59,878 nt of DNA from Syntrophomonadaceae bacterium. GTDB lineage: Bacteria > Bacillota > Dethiobacteria > DTU022. Numbering within the stretch: the stretch's first letter is position 1; every line of letters starts with the position of its first letter. Positions 9,585-20,587 of this stretch are shown piece after piece. Both the position numbers and the translations under genes were made by a program. The stretch is from contig SLPH01000064.1 in the NCBI GenBank assembly GCA_007132095.1, forward strand, positions 1 through 59,878, given 5' to 3'. The notes under the pieces were generated by a model. That model was given only the letters and a program-made list of their open reading frames with translations. It made no database searches and was not told the DNA's origin.

Positions 9585-10586
9585 ATGATCAATCCTTGGA
9601 TACAGTTCATAATCAGCGCTGCTTTAATTGTATGGGCCGGCAGCAGACTGACAAGAAGCGCGGCAGTGATTGCCGAAAATACCGGCATAGGTACCGCATG
9701 GGCAGGCGCACTGTTGCTTCCTCTTGCGACATCGCTGCCGGAGCTGGTGACAACCCTGCGCGCAGTGATGATTGACATCCCTGACTTAGCGGTGGGTAAC
9801 ATCTTTGGCAGCTGCCTATTTAACCTTTCTTTGCTGGCAGTAATTGATCTTGTCCAGGGCCGGGGGCCTTTGACATCCAGGGTGAGCACAGGGCATACCC
9901 TGACAGCGTCACTTAGCATTATCACCCTGAGTTTGGCTCTTTTAGCCATGCAGGGCCTGCTCATTTTTCCGGTCGGTTTTATAGGCCTCGAATCAATAGG
10001 AATAGCAGCTGTTTATATTTTTGGCAGCAGGTTTCTTTTTAATTATGAAAAAGGGAAAATTAAAAAGCCCGGGCCTGATTTGCCTGTTGTCCATCGAGGC
10101 AAGGTGGGTAGCAGCACACGTTCGGCCATTGCCCAGTTCACCCTGGCGGCAGCGCTCATTGTGGTTGCAGGTGTATTTGTCACTGATGCTTCAGATCTGA
10201 TAGCCCTGGAAACAGGACTTGGCCACAGCTTTGTTGGAACCATATTTCTGGCAATCAGCACTTCTCTTCCCGAAACTGTGACCACAATAACAGCAGTAAG
10301 GCTTGGTTATCTCGATATGGCGGTTGCTAATGTGTTTGGCGCCAACCTGATGAACCTGTTTATTATATTCCTGGCAGATTTGCTCTATCTTGGCGGCCCC
10401 ATCCTGGCGGTTGTTTCAGCCGGTCATATATTTTCAGCCCTGACTGTGGTCCTGTTAAGCGCGATTGTGATATTCGGTATAAATTACCGGTCCAGTTTTT
10501 CCCTCGGCGGCATAGGTTTGGATGCGCTGTTGGTTTTGTCCGGATATTTGATGGCAGTTTATGTTTTATTCTCCGCAAGCGGCTAA
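9585..10586 (+). CDS. Sodium:calcium (CaCA/YrbG-family) antiporter
   Basis: About 10 TM segments and two alpha-repeats: ATSLPEL...AVGNIFGS and STSLPET...AVANVFGAN. Confidence 0.88.
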   Translation: MINPWIQFIISAALIVWAGSRLTRSAAVIAENTGIGTAWAGALLLPLATSLPELVTTLRAVMIDIPDLAVGNIFGSCLFNLSLLAVIDLVQGRGPLTSRVSTGHTLTASLSIITLSLALLAMQGLLIFPVGFIGLESIGIAAVYIFGSRFLFNYEKGKIKKPGPDLPVVHRGKVGSSTRSAIAQFTLAAALIVVAGVFVTDASDLIALETGLGHSFVGTIFLAISTSLPETVTTITAVRLGYLDMAVANVFGANLMNLFIIFLADLLYLGGPILAVVSAGHIFSALTVVLLSAIVIFGINYRSSFSLGGIGLDALLVLSGYLMAVYVLFSASG

Positions 10587-10608
10587 TTTTTAAAGGTGGT
10601 GTAATAGT

Positions 10609-11853
10609 TTGGATAGTGAAAAGCTTAAGGCACTGACTCTGAGCGAGCTTCACCGTTTGGCAAAAGAGCATGAAATCAAGGGGCAATCTACGATGCGCAA
10701 GCAGGAATTAATTGATGCCCTCACAAAATTGTTTTCGGAGAACGGCGAGCAGCACAGCGCTTCAGGAATGCTGGAAATTATGAATGACGGGTTTGGTTTT
10801 CTGCGCAGGAAGAAATACTTTTTTTCTGATGATGACATCTACATATCGGCTTCGCAGATCAGGCGGTTTAATTTAAGGACAGGGGATATAATCACCGGAC
10901 GAATTAGGCCTCCCAAGGACAATGAACGTTATTATGCCCTTCTCCAGGTGGAGGAAGTAAACGGCGGAGATCCGGAATCGTTATCAAATCGCAAAAACTT
11001 CACATCACTGGTCCCTATTCACCCTGATGATGCCCTTCGCCTCGAAACCAAATCGCATATTCTTTCTACCAGGATTATTGATCTGCTCATACCGGTCGGA
11101 AAAGGACAGCGCGGCATGATAGTCGCCCCCCCCAAAGCCGGAAAAACCATGCTTCTGAAGCAGGTGGCTAACAGTATCTCTGTCAACCATCCGGAAATAG
11201 AGCTAATCATCCTGCTCGTCGATGAACGGCCGGAGGAAGTTACAGATATGGAGAGGAGCGTTAATGCTGATGTGGTCAGCTCAACATTTGACCAGAAGCC
11301 CGAAAACCACATCCGGATTGCCGAACTTGTCCTGGAGCGATCACAGCGTCTTGTTGAGCAGGGTAAAGATGTTGCCGTGCTTCTTGATAGTATTACCAGG
11401 TTGACCAGGGCTTATAACCTGGTTATTCCGCCCAGCGGGAGAACCTTATCGGGCGGTATCGACCCCGGCGCGTTTTACAAGCCTAAAAGATTTTTTGGCG
11501 CTGCCAGGAATATTGATGGCGGCGGCAGCCTGACCGTGCTTGCTACAGCCATAGTTGAAACGGGGAGCCGTATGGATGATGTTGTTTATGAAGAATTTAA
11601 AGGCACCGGGAACTTAGAGCTACATCTCGACCGCCGCATTGCCGAGCGGAGAATTTTCCCGGCTATCGATATTTCACGCTCTGGAACAAGGCGGGAAGAG
11701 CTTCTGCTGGATGAGCGTAAAATTGAGCTAATGTGGGCCCTGAGACGGGCGATGGGCTCTAGCACCAGTGTCGAATTCCTGGAAGCATTAATGGATCGCC
11801 TTCGTAAAACAAAAAGCAATGAAGAGTTTCTTAAGAATATGCATACTATGTAA
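10609..11853 (+). CDS. rho: Transcription termination factor Rho
   Basis: [10 protein letters not shown]-binding motif, Walker [34 protein letters not shown]. Confidence 0.98.
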   Translation: MDSEKLKALTLSELHRLAKEHEIKGQSTMRKQELIDALTKLFSENGEQHSASGMLEIMNDGFGFLRRKKYFFSDDDIYISASQIRRFNLRTGDIITGRIRPPKDNERYYALLQVEEVNGGDPESLSNRKNFTSLVPIHPDDALRLETKSHILSTRIIDLLIPVGKGQRGMIVAPPKAGKTMLLKQVANSISVNHPEIELIILLVDERPEEVTDMERSVNADVVSSTFDQKPENHIRIAELVLERSQRLVEQGKDVAVLLDSITRLTRAYNLVIPPSGRTLSGGIDPGAFYKPKRFFGAARNIDGGGSLTVLATAIVETGSRMDDVVYEEFKGTGNLELHLDRRIAERRIFPAIDISRSGTRREELLLDERKIELMWALRRAMGSSTSVEFLEALMDRLRKTKSNEEFLKNMHTM

Positions 11854-11883
11854 CAAAATGGGTAGTGTAATGCCGGATAGGCG

Positions 11884-11912
11884 TTGCATTAGAGCTCATT
11901 TTATGTTATGAT
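11884..11912 (+). promoter_or_regulatory. sigma-A promoter of rpmE
   Basis: TTGCAT-17 nt-TATGAT with a TG extension. Confidence 0.65.
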
Positions 11913-11947
11913 CCGTAATCGGGATTAACATGAGGAGGCTGACCAAA

Positions 11948-12145
11948 ATGAAAGAGAATCTGCACCCAAAATATTACCGCACCACGGCCACTTGCGCCTG
12001 CGGAGAAAGCTTTGAAACCGGATCGACCAAGGAAAACCTGAAGGTAGAAATATGTTCGAAGTGTCACCCTTTCTTTACGGGTAAACAAAAATTTGTCGAC
12101 ACCGGCGGCCGTGTAGAAAGGTTCCGCCGCAAGTACGGTATGTAA
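11948..12145 (+). CDS. rpmE: 50S ribosomal protein L31 (Zn-binding type)
   Basis: [30 protein letters not shown]; AGGAGG RBS before ATG 11948. Confidence 0.97.
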   Translation: MKENLHPKYYRTTATCACGESFETGSTKENLKVEICSKCHPFFTGKQKFVDTGGRVERFRRKYGM

Positions 12146-12155
12146 GCAATAAGCT

Positions 12156-12185
12156 AAGCAGAGCTCGTTGCTCTGCTTTTTTTTT
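12156..12185 (+). terminator. Intrinsic terminator
   Basis: AAGCAGAGC-TCGTT-GCTCTGCTT followed by a T-run. Confidence 0.9.
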
Positions 12186-12341
12186 GCCGGCAGCTTTTGG
12201 GCAGGGCTTCAGATACTACATGCTGCCTGCGGGAGCCGGCTTGTTGCTAATAATGCAGCTTATTTCATTGCGAATGTTGATTCATCGGCTCCGAATAAGC
12301 CTTTTGTGAGGCTGTTAATATTATAACTGACGAGGGCAATT

Positions 12342-13412
12342 ATGCTTGATAAGCTTGATAACATCACTAAAAGATACCATGAGCTGGAGCAGCTTTTAAG
12401 CGATCCTAAAACTCTTGAGAATCGCGAGGCCTGGATGCAGCTTTCGAAAGAAATGGCCTCACTGGCCCCGCTGAACGAACTTTACCAGGAATACCTTCAG
12501 GTAAGTAAAGAGCTGGATGACGCGGCAGATATGCTCAAAACTGCCGAAGATGCTGAAATGCTCGATTTCCTCAGGGAAGAAGAAAGCTCACTTAATACCC
12601 GTCAACAGGATTTGGAAGCCAAAATCAAGGAGCTTCTGCTGCCCAAAGATCCTTATGATGAAAAAGGCGTCTTTATAGAAATCAGGGCTGGCACCGGTGG
12701 AGAAGAAGCGGCTCTTTTTGCAGCAGATCTATTAAAGATGTATGTCCGCTATGCTGAAGGCAGAAACTATAAAACGGAGATTGTCGATTCTCACCCGACA
12801 GATATTGGCGGATATAAGGAAGTTATCCTTGGTGTTGATGGCAAGGGGGCATATAGCCGCCTTAAATATGAAAGCGGGGTCCATCGTGTGCAGCGGGTTC
12901 CTTCGACTGAATCGAGTGGGCGGGTCCACACCTCGGCGGCCACGGTGGCAGTGCTGCCGGAAGTTGAAGATATTGAAATAGAGATCAATCAAACCGATCT
13001 ACGGATAGATACATTTTGTGCCACAGGGCCGGGAGGGCAAAGCGTGAATACCACTCAGTCGGCAGTGAGGATTACGCACGAACCGAGCGGTATAGTAGTT
13101 AGCTGCCAGGATGAAAAATCTCAGCTTCAGAATAAGGAAAAGGCGCTGCGCATACTGCGCAGCAGGCTCCTCGACAAATATATGTCGGAGCAAAACGCCG
13201 AGCTGGCAGAAACGAGGAAAACAATGATCGGAAGCGGTGATCGCAGCGAGAGGATCCGAACCTACAACTATCCTCAGAACAGGGTTACAGATCACCGCAT
13301 TGGCTTGACCCTTCATAAAATGGACTTAATTTTAGCCGGCGATCTCGATGACATTATTGAGCAGCTGGCCGCTCAAGAACGGTCCGAAATACTTGAACAA
13401 AACCAGGCCTGA
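12342..13412 (+). CDS. prfA: Peptide chain release factor 1
   Basis: [19 protein letters not shown] (PxT motif), [10 protein letters not shown]. Confidence 0.97.
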   Translation: MLDKLDNITKRYHELEQLLSDPKTLENREAWMQLSKEMASLAPLNELYQEYLQVSKELDDAADMLKTAEDAEMLDFLREEESSLNTRQQDLEAKIKELLLPKDPYDEKGVFIEIRAGTGGEEAALFAADLLKMYVRYAEGRNYKTEIVDSHPTDIGGYKEVILGVDGKGAYSRLKYESGVHRVQRVPSTESSGRVHTSAATVAVLPEVEDIEIEINQTDLRIDTFCATGPGGQSVNTTQSAVRITHEPSGIVVSCQDEKSQLQNKEKALRILRSRLLDKYMSEQNAELAETRKTMIGSGDRSERIRTYNYPQNRVTDHRIGLTLHKMDLILAGDLDDIIEQLAAQERSEILEQNQA

Positions 13413-13425
13413 GCAGGTATCTGAT

Positions 13426-14310
13426 ATGATAATGACTTTAACAATTGAGGAAGCTCTGCGCAGGGCTTCTTTTTGCTTTAAGGAGGCCGGGTTGGATAAC
13501 CGTCGCAGTGAGGCAGAGTTATTAATGATGCATGTCCTCAACTGCTCCAGGCTGGATCTTGTTCTGTCCGGGCAGGCAATATTACCCGAAGAGAAGCAGG
13601 AAGAGTTTCAAGGCCTGGTCCGGCGAAGACGGTTGGGTGAACCTGTCGCTTACCTCGTCCGTTCAAAATACTTCTATGGCCGCCCTTTTCGGGTTAACAG
13701 GAGCGTCCTTATACCGCGACCGGAGACAGAGCTGATTATTGATGCATCTGTTGAGTGGGCAAAAGGCAATCAATTTGTAGAGGGAGCCGGTATTACTGCC
13801 CTTGATCTGGGCACCGGCTCCGGTTGCCTCGCAATTACGCTTGCGGCCGAGCTGCCGCAGGCTAGCGTTTACGGAGTCGACGTTTCTAGAAGGGCTTTAG
13901 CAGTGGCAGCAGAGAACGCTGCATTGCTTGTGTCAGATAATCAGCCGAATTGGTTGGAAGGGACATTTAGCGAGGCGCTAAAAAGCCTTGAACCCGCGGT
14001 TCGTTTCAACCTCGTCGTAGCAAATCCGCCTTACCTGACCAAGGCCGATATGGATCAACTGTCCGATTCAGTAAAGAAATATGAGCCCTGCCTGGCTCTT
14101 TACGGCGGAGAAGATGGTTTGGATGCTTACCGGTGCATCCTGCAGGAACTGCCTTTACACCTTGAATCGCCGGGTGCGGTACTCTTTGAAATTGGTGCCG
14201 GTCAGGCGGAAGCGGTAAGAAAGCTGATTGTTGAAACGGCAGCTTTTAAATCGGTTACCTTTAAAGAAGATCTCGGGGGTTGGCCCCGTGTAGCCGAGGC
14301 GTTATTTTAA
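13426..14310 (+). CDS. prmC: Release factor glutamine methyltransferase
   Basis: VLIPRPETE, DLGTGSG, NPPY, YEP..AL.GG.DGL; follows prfA. Confidence 0.94.
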   Translation: MIMTLTIEEALRRASFCFKEAGLDNRRSEAELLMMHVLNCSRLDLVLSGQAILPEEKQEEFQGLVRRRRLGEPVAYLVRSKYFYGRPFRVNRSVLIPRPETELIIDASVEWAKGNQFVEGAGITALDLGTGSGCLAITLAAELPQASVYGVDVSRRALAVAAENAALLVSDNQPNWLEGTFSEALKSLEPAVRFNLVVANPPYLTKADMDQLSDSVKKYEPCLALYGGEDGLDAYRCILQELPLHLESPGAVLFEIGAGQAEAVRKLIVETAAFKSVTFKEDLGGWPRVAEALF

Positions 14311-14721
14311 ACCGGCCCCTGTTGAACTGATCGTTAATTTGCCGTGTTTGACTCCCTTGACTCCAATCAGTCGGTCGGCCAAATCTCTGGCCTCTGCCGC
14401 TTTTCCCTTAATAACCATAACTTCAAGGCAGTGCTCATGTTCAAGGTGAACATGCATCACGGAAACAATCATTCCGTGGTGGCGATGCTGCAGTTCTAAT
14501 AGCAGGTCACTCAAACCCTTGACATGGTGGTTGTAAATAATAGTTATTGTGCCGGCAACCTCTTCGTCGCCCCGGGACCAGTCAATTTCAACCAGCTGGT
14601 TGCGGATTAAATTCCGGATTGCTTCAGAACGGTTTGGGTAACCACGCTTTACTATTTCCTGATCCAGGCGCTGCAGCAGCTCTTTCTCCATGGAAATGCC
14701 GAACCTGATTAAACCGGACAA
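14302..14721 (-). CDS. nikR: Nickel-responsive transcriptional regulator NikR
   Basis: RHH motif RFGISM...YPNRSEAIRNLIR and Ni site YNHH...HVHLEHEHCLEV. TTG start after GGGGGGA RBS, with TGCTATAAT upstream on the minus strand. The 190-aa ORF call is over-extended. Confidence 0.95.
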   Translation of the reverse strand: MSGLIRFGISMEKELLQRLDQEIVKRGYPNRSEAIRNLIRNQLVEIDWSRGDEEVAGTITIIYNHHVKGLSDLLLELQHRHHGMIVSVMHVHLEHEHCLEVMVIKGKAAEARDLADRLIGVKGVKHGKLTISSTGAGLK

Positions 14722-14891
14722 ATCTGTTCCCCCCAGTTTATTTCCCATTATAGCACAGGGCAGAGCAGCTGAAGCGTTAATCCTCCCACTGCGCTGAAAA
14801 TTTTGCCTAACTTCAGCGGGCAGGGAAACGAGGGTTAACATGGAATAGTTATAATAATAACAGGCGATGTTCATACCGGATTAATAAATGT

Positions 14892-14920
14892 TTGTATTTA
14901 TAAGGGCCTTATTTTATAAT
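14892..14920 (+). promoter_or_regulatory. sigma-A promoter of Na/Pi cotransporter
   Basis: TTGTAT-17 nt-TATAAT. Confidence 0.65.
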
Positions 14921-14977
14921 ATGCTTTGGGCGCTTGTGACATTAAACTTTCGCGTCTTGCTGTGGGGAGGTTAGCCG

Positions 14978-16579
14978 GTGTTCTGGGATTTAGCATTCGG
15001 AGTCATTGGCGGGTTGGGCCTTTTTTTGTTTGGTATTCAGATCATGGCCTCAGGGATGCAAAAGGCTGCCGGCGACCGTTTTCGCCGCATCCTTGAAGTT
15101 CTTACCAATAAGCCGGTTCTCGGCGTTTTTACCGGAATCCTGGTTACGCTGCTGGTACAGAGCAGCAGCACGGCAACAGTTATGGTTGTAGGCTTTGCAA
15201 ATGCCGGGTTAATGAACCTATCCCAGGCGATCAGTGTTATTATCGGATCAAATATCGGCACAACCGTAACCGCCCAGATTATATCTTTTAAAATAGGTGT
15301 AATCGCTTATCCTGCCATAGGAGCCGGCTCGCTTATTAACTTTTTCGGCCGCCGGCGCATACATCGATACCTGGGGCAAACCCTGCTCGGGTTTGGTCTC
15401 CTGTTCCTCGGAATGACAACCATGTCCAGCGGCATGATGCCGCTTAAAGATCTTGATGCTTTTCATCGCCTTTTAACCCAGTTTAGCATTTACCCCATCC
15501 TGGGCATTCTCTGCGGAGCGGTATTCACAGCGCTCCTGCAGAGCAGCAGCGCCGCTACCGGTGTAATTATTGCCTTAACGCTGCAGGACTTGATCCCTTT
15601 TCACTCAGCTGTTCCCTTGATCCTTGGCACCAACATCGGTACCTGCTTCACTGCCATGCTGGCCAGCATCGGGGCCAATGTGGCGGCAAAGCGAGCTGCA
15701 GTGGCCCATGTTGTTTTTAATGTAATCGGTGTTTGCCTGGCCCTGATCCTTTTAAAACCCTTTACAGACCTTATTATTGAAACGGCGGCTACAGTGCCTC
15801 GCCAGGTCGCCAACACCCACACAGCTTTTAACATACTGAATACTATTGTATTCCTGACGTTTCTTAAACCATTTACTAAACTGGTTTGCCGGATTGTGCC
15901 CGGTGAGGACGAGAAGATTGAGTTTGGGCCCAAGTATCTCGATCCCCGTATATTAAAAACACCGGCTATGGCTATCGGGGGGGCTAAAAAAGAGCTTTTA
16001 AGGATGGCCAGCATAGCCCAGGACATGCTGGATGAGGCAATGGAGGTTTTTCTGAAAAACGATTTGAAGAAAATCAAGCATATCGAGCAGATGGAAGAAC
16101 TGGTTAATGGGTTGGAAAAAGAAATTAATGTTTACATTGCCGATCTGTCCCAGCATTCGCTGTCTCAGCATCAATCCAAAAAAGTAGCCGGCCTGATGTC
16201 TGCGGCAAACGACCTCGAAAGAATAGGCGATCATGCAGAAAACATAATGCAGCTTGCGGAGATCAAGGTTGAAGAACGCCTTCCCTTCTCTGAAGCCGCG
16301 CTTGAAGAGATAAGCGAAATATACGAGAAGGTAAAAGGTATGCTTGGCAGATCAATCAGGGCTTATGAGGAGGAAGACAAAGAGCTGGCGCTACTTGTTA
16401 TTCCTGAAGATGATGAAGTTGACGAAATGGAGAAGATGCTTCGAAACAGACATATTGAAAGAATTAATACTAAGAAGTGCTATCCTCATTCAGGTGTCAT
16501 TTACCTTGATCTTCTCAGCAACCTGGAGAGAGTGGCAGATCATGCCAACAACATCGCCCACCTGGTAACAGATGATTAA
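14978..16579 (+). CDS. Na/Pi cotransporter family protein with C-terminal PhoU domains
   Basis: Two QSSS repeats, GSNIGTT and GTNIGT motifs, C-terminal DLERIGDHAEN and NLERVADHANN. Confidence 0.92.
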   Translation: MFWDLAFGVIGGLGLFLFGIQIMASGMQKAAGDRFRRILEVLTNKPVLGVFTGILVTLLVQSSSTATVMVVGFANAGLMNLSQAISVIIGSNIGTTVTAQIISFKIGVIAYPAIGAGSLINFFGRRRIHRYLGQTLLGFGLLFLGMTTMSSGMMPLKDLDAFHRLLTQFSIYPILGILCGAVFTALLQSSSAATGVIIALTLQDLIPFHSAVPLILGTNIGTCFTAMLASIGANVAAKRAAVAHVVFNVIGVCLALILLKPFTDLIIETAATVPRQVANTHTAFNILNTIVFLTFLKPFTKLVCRIVPGEDEKIEFGPKYLDPRILKTPAMAIGGAKKELLRMASIAQDMLDEAMEVFLKNDLKKIKHIEQMEELVNGLEKEINVYIADLSQHSLSQHQSKKVAGLMSAANDLERIGDHAENIMQLAEIKVEERLPFSEAALEEISEIYEKVKGMLGRSIRAYEEEDKELALLVIPEDDEVDEMEKMLRNRHIERINTKKCYPHSGVIYLDLLSNLERVADHANNIAHLVTDD

Positions 16580-16615
16580 GGCTGGATAATCTGCTTTTAA
16601 ACATAAGGAAAAAGC

Positions 16616-17641
16616 ATGAGCAAAAAAAAGTTGGCCAGGGGCACGCTGCTCCTAAAAAATGACGTTGCGTCAATAAACTATGCCGCCCGGATTATCCGCC
16701 GCGGCGGCACGGTCGCTTTTCCAACGGAAACTGTTTATGGGTTGGGCGCTTCGGCCCTGGATCCGGCGGCGATCGAGAAAGTGTTCCAGGCAAAAGGGCG
16801 CCCGACAGACAACCCGCTAATTGTCCACATTGAAAACAGTGCTGCGCTTGCATCGGTTGCCTCTTTTGTCCCGGATATGGCCTACCTTCTTGCTGAGCAT
16901 TTTTGGCCTGGCCCGCTCAGCCTGGTCCTATTAAAGTCTGATTTTATTCCGCCTGCAGTATGCGCCGGTTTAAGCACAGTTGCAGTTCGTGTTCCTGATA
17001 ACCACATTGCCCTTGATTTGATACGCGCTTCTGCGGTGCCTATTGCCGCACCAAGCGCAAACCGCTCCGGCCGACCCAGCCCAACCAGTTGGAAGCACGT
17101 TCTAAAAGACCTTGCCGGAAGTATTGATGCCGTAATAAGAAGCCCGGGCTGCGTGATTGGCGTGGAATCTACGGTTCTGGATCTTACCTCCCATGACCCG
17201 GTTATCTTGAGGCCGGGTGGAGTCACCAGGGAAGAGCTGGAGCAGGTTCTGAACCGGAAAGTAGCCGTGGCTGGGGCAAGCAGCGATTCAGAGACGCCTC
17301 TTTCCCCCGGGACGAAATATCGTCACTACACCCCCGAAGTGCCGCTCATCCTGGTAACCGGCAGCGGGGTAAAAGTTTTAAAAGTTGTAAAGGCCCTACG
17401 GCAAAAGTATGAGACCCGGGGCTTGAAAATCGCTGTTTTGGAGGCATCGCTGACTGCCGCCCGGTTTGGCCGGCCTGCTGATGTAAAGGCGTTGGCATCA
17501 GGATTATATGGATCGCTGAGATCACTTGAGAATAGCGGGGTCGATCTTATTATTGCCGCTGCGGTTAAGCCCAGGGGCATTGGAATGGCAGTTATGAACA
17601 GGTTATATAAGGCTGCGGACCGTGTGATTAAGGTCTGTTGA
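16616..17641 (+). CDS. sua5: Threonylcarbamoyl-AMP synthase (Sua5/YwlC)
   Basis: VAFPTETVYGLGA, KGRPTDNPLIVH, AAPSANRSGRPSPT, SPG.KYRHY.P linker. Confidence 0.93.
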   Translation: MSKKKLARGTLLLKNDVASINYAARIIRRGGTVAFPTETVYGLGASALDPAAIEKVFQAKGRPTDNPLIVHIENSAALASVASFVPDMAYLLAEHFWPGPLSLVLLKSDFIPPAVCAGLSTVAVRVPDNHIALDLIRASAVPIAAPSANRSGRPSPTSWKHVLKDLAGSIDAVIRSPGCVIGVESTVLDLTSHDPVILRPGGVTREELEQVLNRKVAVAGASSDSETPLSPGTKYRHYTPEVPLILVTGSGVKVLKVVKALRQKYETRGLKIAVLEASLTAARFGRPADVKALASGLYGSLRSLENSGVDLIIAAAVKPRGIGMAVMNRLYKAADRVIKVC

Positions 17642-17683
17642 TTCTGCCAAAACCGCTGAACGGTTTGATGGAGGTTTAATATT

Positions 17684-18145
17684 ATGCATATACTCATAAT
17701 ATGCACGGGTAACACCTGTCGCAGCCCCATAGCAAAGGCCTTATTAAAAAATGAGCTTAACCTTTCAGGACTTGGTGCTGTCCATGCTGTGGATTCAGCC
17801 GGAATTGCCTCAATTGACGGCCAGCCGGCAGCAGATGCCGCTGTAAAACTTCTTGCGGAAAAGGGCCTGGATATAAGCGGGCACAGGTCAAAAAGGCTGA
17901 CACCAGCCCTTGTCGAATGGGCGGACCTGATCCTGGTAATGACTGTCAGCCAGCTTGAGCTGTTGCGATCCAGGTTTCCTGAAGGCGCGGATAAAGTTCT
18001 CCTGCTTAAGGAATATGCCGCGTCAATAAACTCAGGCTTGGAGATAGCGGATCCTTATGGCTACAATGATCAAATATATCGCCTTGTAATAGAGGAAATT
18101 CATGGCTGTGTCAAGAAAATTATGCCCAAACTAACGGGGGGTTGA
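17684..18145 (+). CDS. ywlE: Low-molecular-weight protein arginine/tyrosine phosphatase (YwlE-like)
   Basis: CTGNTCRSP P-loop and IADPYG; conserved ywlC-ywlE-rpiB synteny. Confidence 0.8.
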   Translation: MHILIICTGNTCRSPIAKALLKNELNLSGLGAVHAVDSAGIASIDGQPAADAAVKLLAEKGLDISGHRSKRLTPALVEWADLILVMTVSQLELLRSRFPEGADKVLLLKEYAASINSGLEIADPYGYNDQIYRLVIEEIHGCVKKIMPKLTGG

Positions 18146-18150
18146 ACATA

Positions 18151-18591
18151 ATGAAGATTGCTTTGGGCAGCGATCATGCCGGGTTTGCCTTAAAGTCGGC
18201 TATAAAAGAACACCTTGAAGGAAAGGGGTTATGCTGCTACGATTATGGCGCTTTTGATGAAAAAAGCGTGGACTACCCGGACCAGGTACCCGCAGTGGTT
18301 GATGCGGTCAGGGGGAGAAACGCAGACCTGGGGGTACTAATCTGCGGAACCGGGATAGGCATGTCCATTGCTGCCAACAAGCATAAAGGTATTCGCGCCG
18401 CTCTCTGCGGAGATACATATTCCGCAGTGTACGCCAGGGCTCACAACGATGCCAATATTATTACTCTCGGGTCCAGGGTGATGGGGGTTGGCCTTGCCCT
18501 GGTCATAGTTGACGCCTTCTTAGAGAGCAGTTTTGAGGGGGGGCGCCACTCGCAGAGGGTTGACAAAATAAGAAAGTTTGAGAACAATTAG
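18151..18591 (+). CDS. rpiB: Ribose-5-phosphate isomerase B
   Basis: [31 protein letters not shown]. Confidence 0.95.
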   Translation: MKIALGSDHAGFALKSAIKEHLEGKGLCCYDYGAFDEKSVDYPDQVPAVVDAVRGRNADLGVLICGTGIGMSIAANKHKGIRAALCGDTYSAVYARAHNDANIITLGSRVMGVGLALVIVDAFLESSFEGGRHSQRVDKIRKFENN

Positions 18592-18649
18592 TGATACTGC
18601 TATTGCATTAATAACAAAACAGGTTTGTACAGGAGATGATTTAGAGCAG

Positions 18650-19909
18650 ATGAACCGCAAATGCAATTCCATATTTACAGAACCCCTGGCGGATGTGGAC
18701 AATGAAGTCGCTGACGCTATAAGTAGAGAAATTGCCCGGCAGCAGGATAACCTGGTAATGATAGCTTCTGAAAACCTGGTCAGTAAAGCTGTGCTTGAAG
18801 CCCAGGGATCGGTAATGACCAATAAGTATGCTGAAGGGTATCCCGGCGCCCGATACTATGGTGGATGCAATTGTGTCGACAGTGTTGAGCAGCTTGCCTG
18901 TGATCGGGCCAGGCAAATCTTCAAAGCAGAGCATGTCAATGTGCAGCCACATTCGGGCACTTCTGCCAATATGGCTGTATTCCTGGCCCTCCTTAAGCCG
19001 GGAGACCACATTTTAGGTATGAATTTAAGTCACGGCGGGCACCTTACCCATGGCAGTAAGGTCAATATTTCTGGCCGCTACTACAAAGCCTTTAGCTATG
19101 AAGTCGATGAAAGTTCTTTCCTGATCGATTTAGAGCAGGTCCGCAGAAAAGCCAGGGAATCCGCACCTCGCCTGATCATAGCCGGCGCAAGCGCTTACCC
19201 CCGAACCATAGACTACAGGGGATTTAAAGAAATAGCCGATGAAGTCGGAGCGCTGCTCCTGGTCGACATGGCCCATACTGCCGGCCTGGTGGCTGCAGGA
19301 GTACACCCGAATCCGATCGAAGTTGCCGATGTGGTGACCGCTACAACTCATAAAACCTTCCGGGGCCCCCGGGGCGGGATGATTTTCTGCCGAGAAAAAT
19401 TTGCAGCAGCGATAGATAAAGCCGTATTTCCGGGCTTACAGGGCGGTCCGCTCATGCATATTATCGCCGCCAAGGCGGTTGCCATGCTGGAGGCTTTAAG
19501 GCCAGGGTATATAGACTATCAAAAAAGTGTTCTTGCCAACGCTCAGGTTTTGGCCGAAACCCTGGATGCCCACGGCTTTAAGCTTATGACAGGAGGGACA
19601 GATACTCACCTAGTTCTCGTCGATTTGAGAAACAAAAATATTTCTGGCAGAGAAGCCGAACAGCTGCTTGAAAGGGTTCATATTACAGTAAATAAAAATG
19701 TTATACCCTACGATCCCAGCGGGGCAAACGATCCCAGCGGAATTCGCCTGGGAACTCCTACCCTCACTTCAAGGGGTATGGGTACCGACCAAATGCGCAG
19801 CATCGCCGGCTTGATTAACGAAACGCTCGAGAAGCGAGCCGATTCCGTTGCCCTCGATCAGATCAGGGAGAGAGTTGCAGAACTTTGCCGGCAATACCCC
19901 CTGTGTTAA
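18650..19909 (+). CDS. glyA: Serine hydroxymethyltransferase
   Basis: [32 protein letters not shown] (PLP lysine). Confidence 0.97.
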   Translation: MNRKCNSIFTEPLADVDNEVADAISREIARQQDNLVMIASENLVSKAVLEAQGSVMTNKYAEGYPGARYYGGCNCVDSVEQLACDRARQIFKAEHVNVQPHSGTSANMAVFLALLKPGDHILGMNLSHGGHLTHGSKVNISGRYYKAFSYEVDESSFLIDLEQVRRKARESAPRLIIAGASAYPRTIDYRGFKEIADEVGALLLVDMAHTAGLVAAGVHPNPIEVADVVTATTHKTFRGPRGGMIFCREKFAAAIDKAVFPGLQGGPLMHIIAAKAVAMLEALRPGYIDYQKSVLANAQVLAETLDAHGFKLMTGGTDTHLVLVDLRNKNISGREAEQLLERVHITVNKNVIPYDPSGANDPSGIRLGTPTLTSRGMGTDQMRSIAGLINETLEKRADSVALDQIRERVAELCRQYPLC

Positions 19910-19933
19910 ATTAGTTGAAGGAGGCTGGGCCTG

Positions 19934-20563
19934 GTGAATCAGGTAACAGTAGTTGATCACCCGCTGGTTCAACATAAGCTTACAACGTGCAGGATGAAAG
20001 AAACGGAAACCTGGCAATTCAGGGGATTAGTTGAAGACATAACAACCCTGCTTCTCTATGAAGCTTGCAGGCAAGCGCAAACAGAAGGGGTTGAAATCAA
20101 TACTCCGGTGGCAAAAGCAGAGGGCAGGGTTTTAAAAACCGATTCGCCATGCTTTGTTGCAGTTCTCAGGGCCGGGCTTGGCATGGTTCCCGGCGGGCTG
20201 CGCCTTTTTCCTTCGGCACGGGCCGGCCATATCGGGCTCTACCGGGATCATGAAACACATGCTCCCGTTGAGTATTATTGTAACCTTCCGCGGGGCATAG
20301 AGGCTTGCGATTGTTACCTGCTTGAACCGATGCTGGCAACGGGAGGTTCAGCTGTTCGTGCGCTCGACATTTTAAAAAAGGCCAATGCGGGCAGCATAAC
20401 GGTTCTCAGCCTGATTGCCGCTCCCGAGGGAGTGAAAATGATTACCGCCAGGCACAAGGATGTTCAGATATTCCTTGGCGCCCTCGATGAAAAGCTTAAC
20501 GATAAAGCATATATAATACCCGGGCTTGGCGATGCCGGCGACAGGATTTTCGGGACAGTTTAA
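19934..20563 (+). CDS. upp: Uracil phosphoribosyltransferase
   Basis: HPLVQHKL, VLRAGLGM, PMLATGGSA, YIIPGLGDAGDRIFGT. Confidence 0.95.
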   Translation: MNQVTVVDHPLVQHKLTTCRMKETETWQFRGLVEDITTLLLYEACRQAQTEGVEINTPVAKAEGRVLKTDSPCFVAVLRAGLGMVPGGLRLFPSARAGHIGLYRDHETHAPVEYYCNLPRGIEACDCYLLEPMLATGGSAVRALDILKKANAGSITVLSLIAAPEGVKMITARHKDVQIFLGALDEKLNDKAYIIPGLGDAGDRIFGTV

Positions 20564-20587
20564 TGAACCGCTGATTGAGGTGCAGTT

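Noticed and set aside
14722-14874. N-terminal extension of nikR in the 190-aa ORF call
   Set aside because: The region contains the nikR -10 and RBS; homology starts at TTG 14721.
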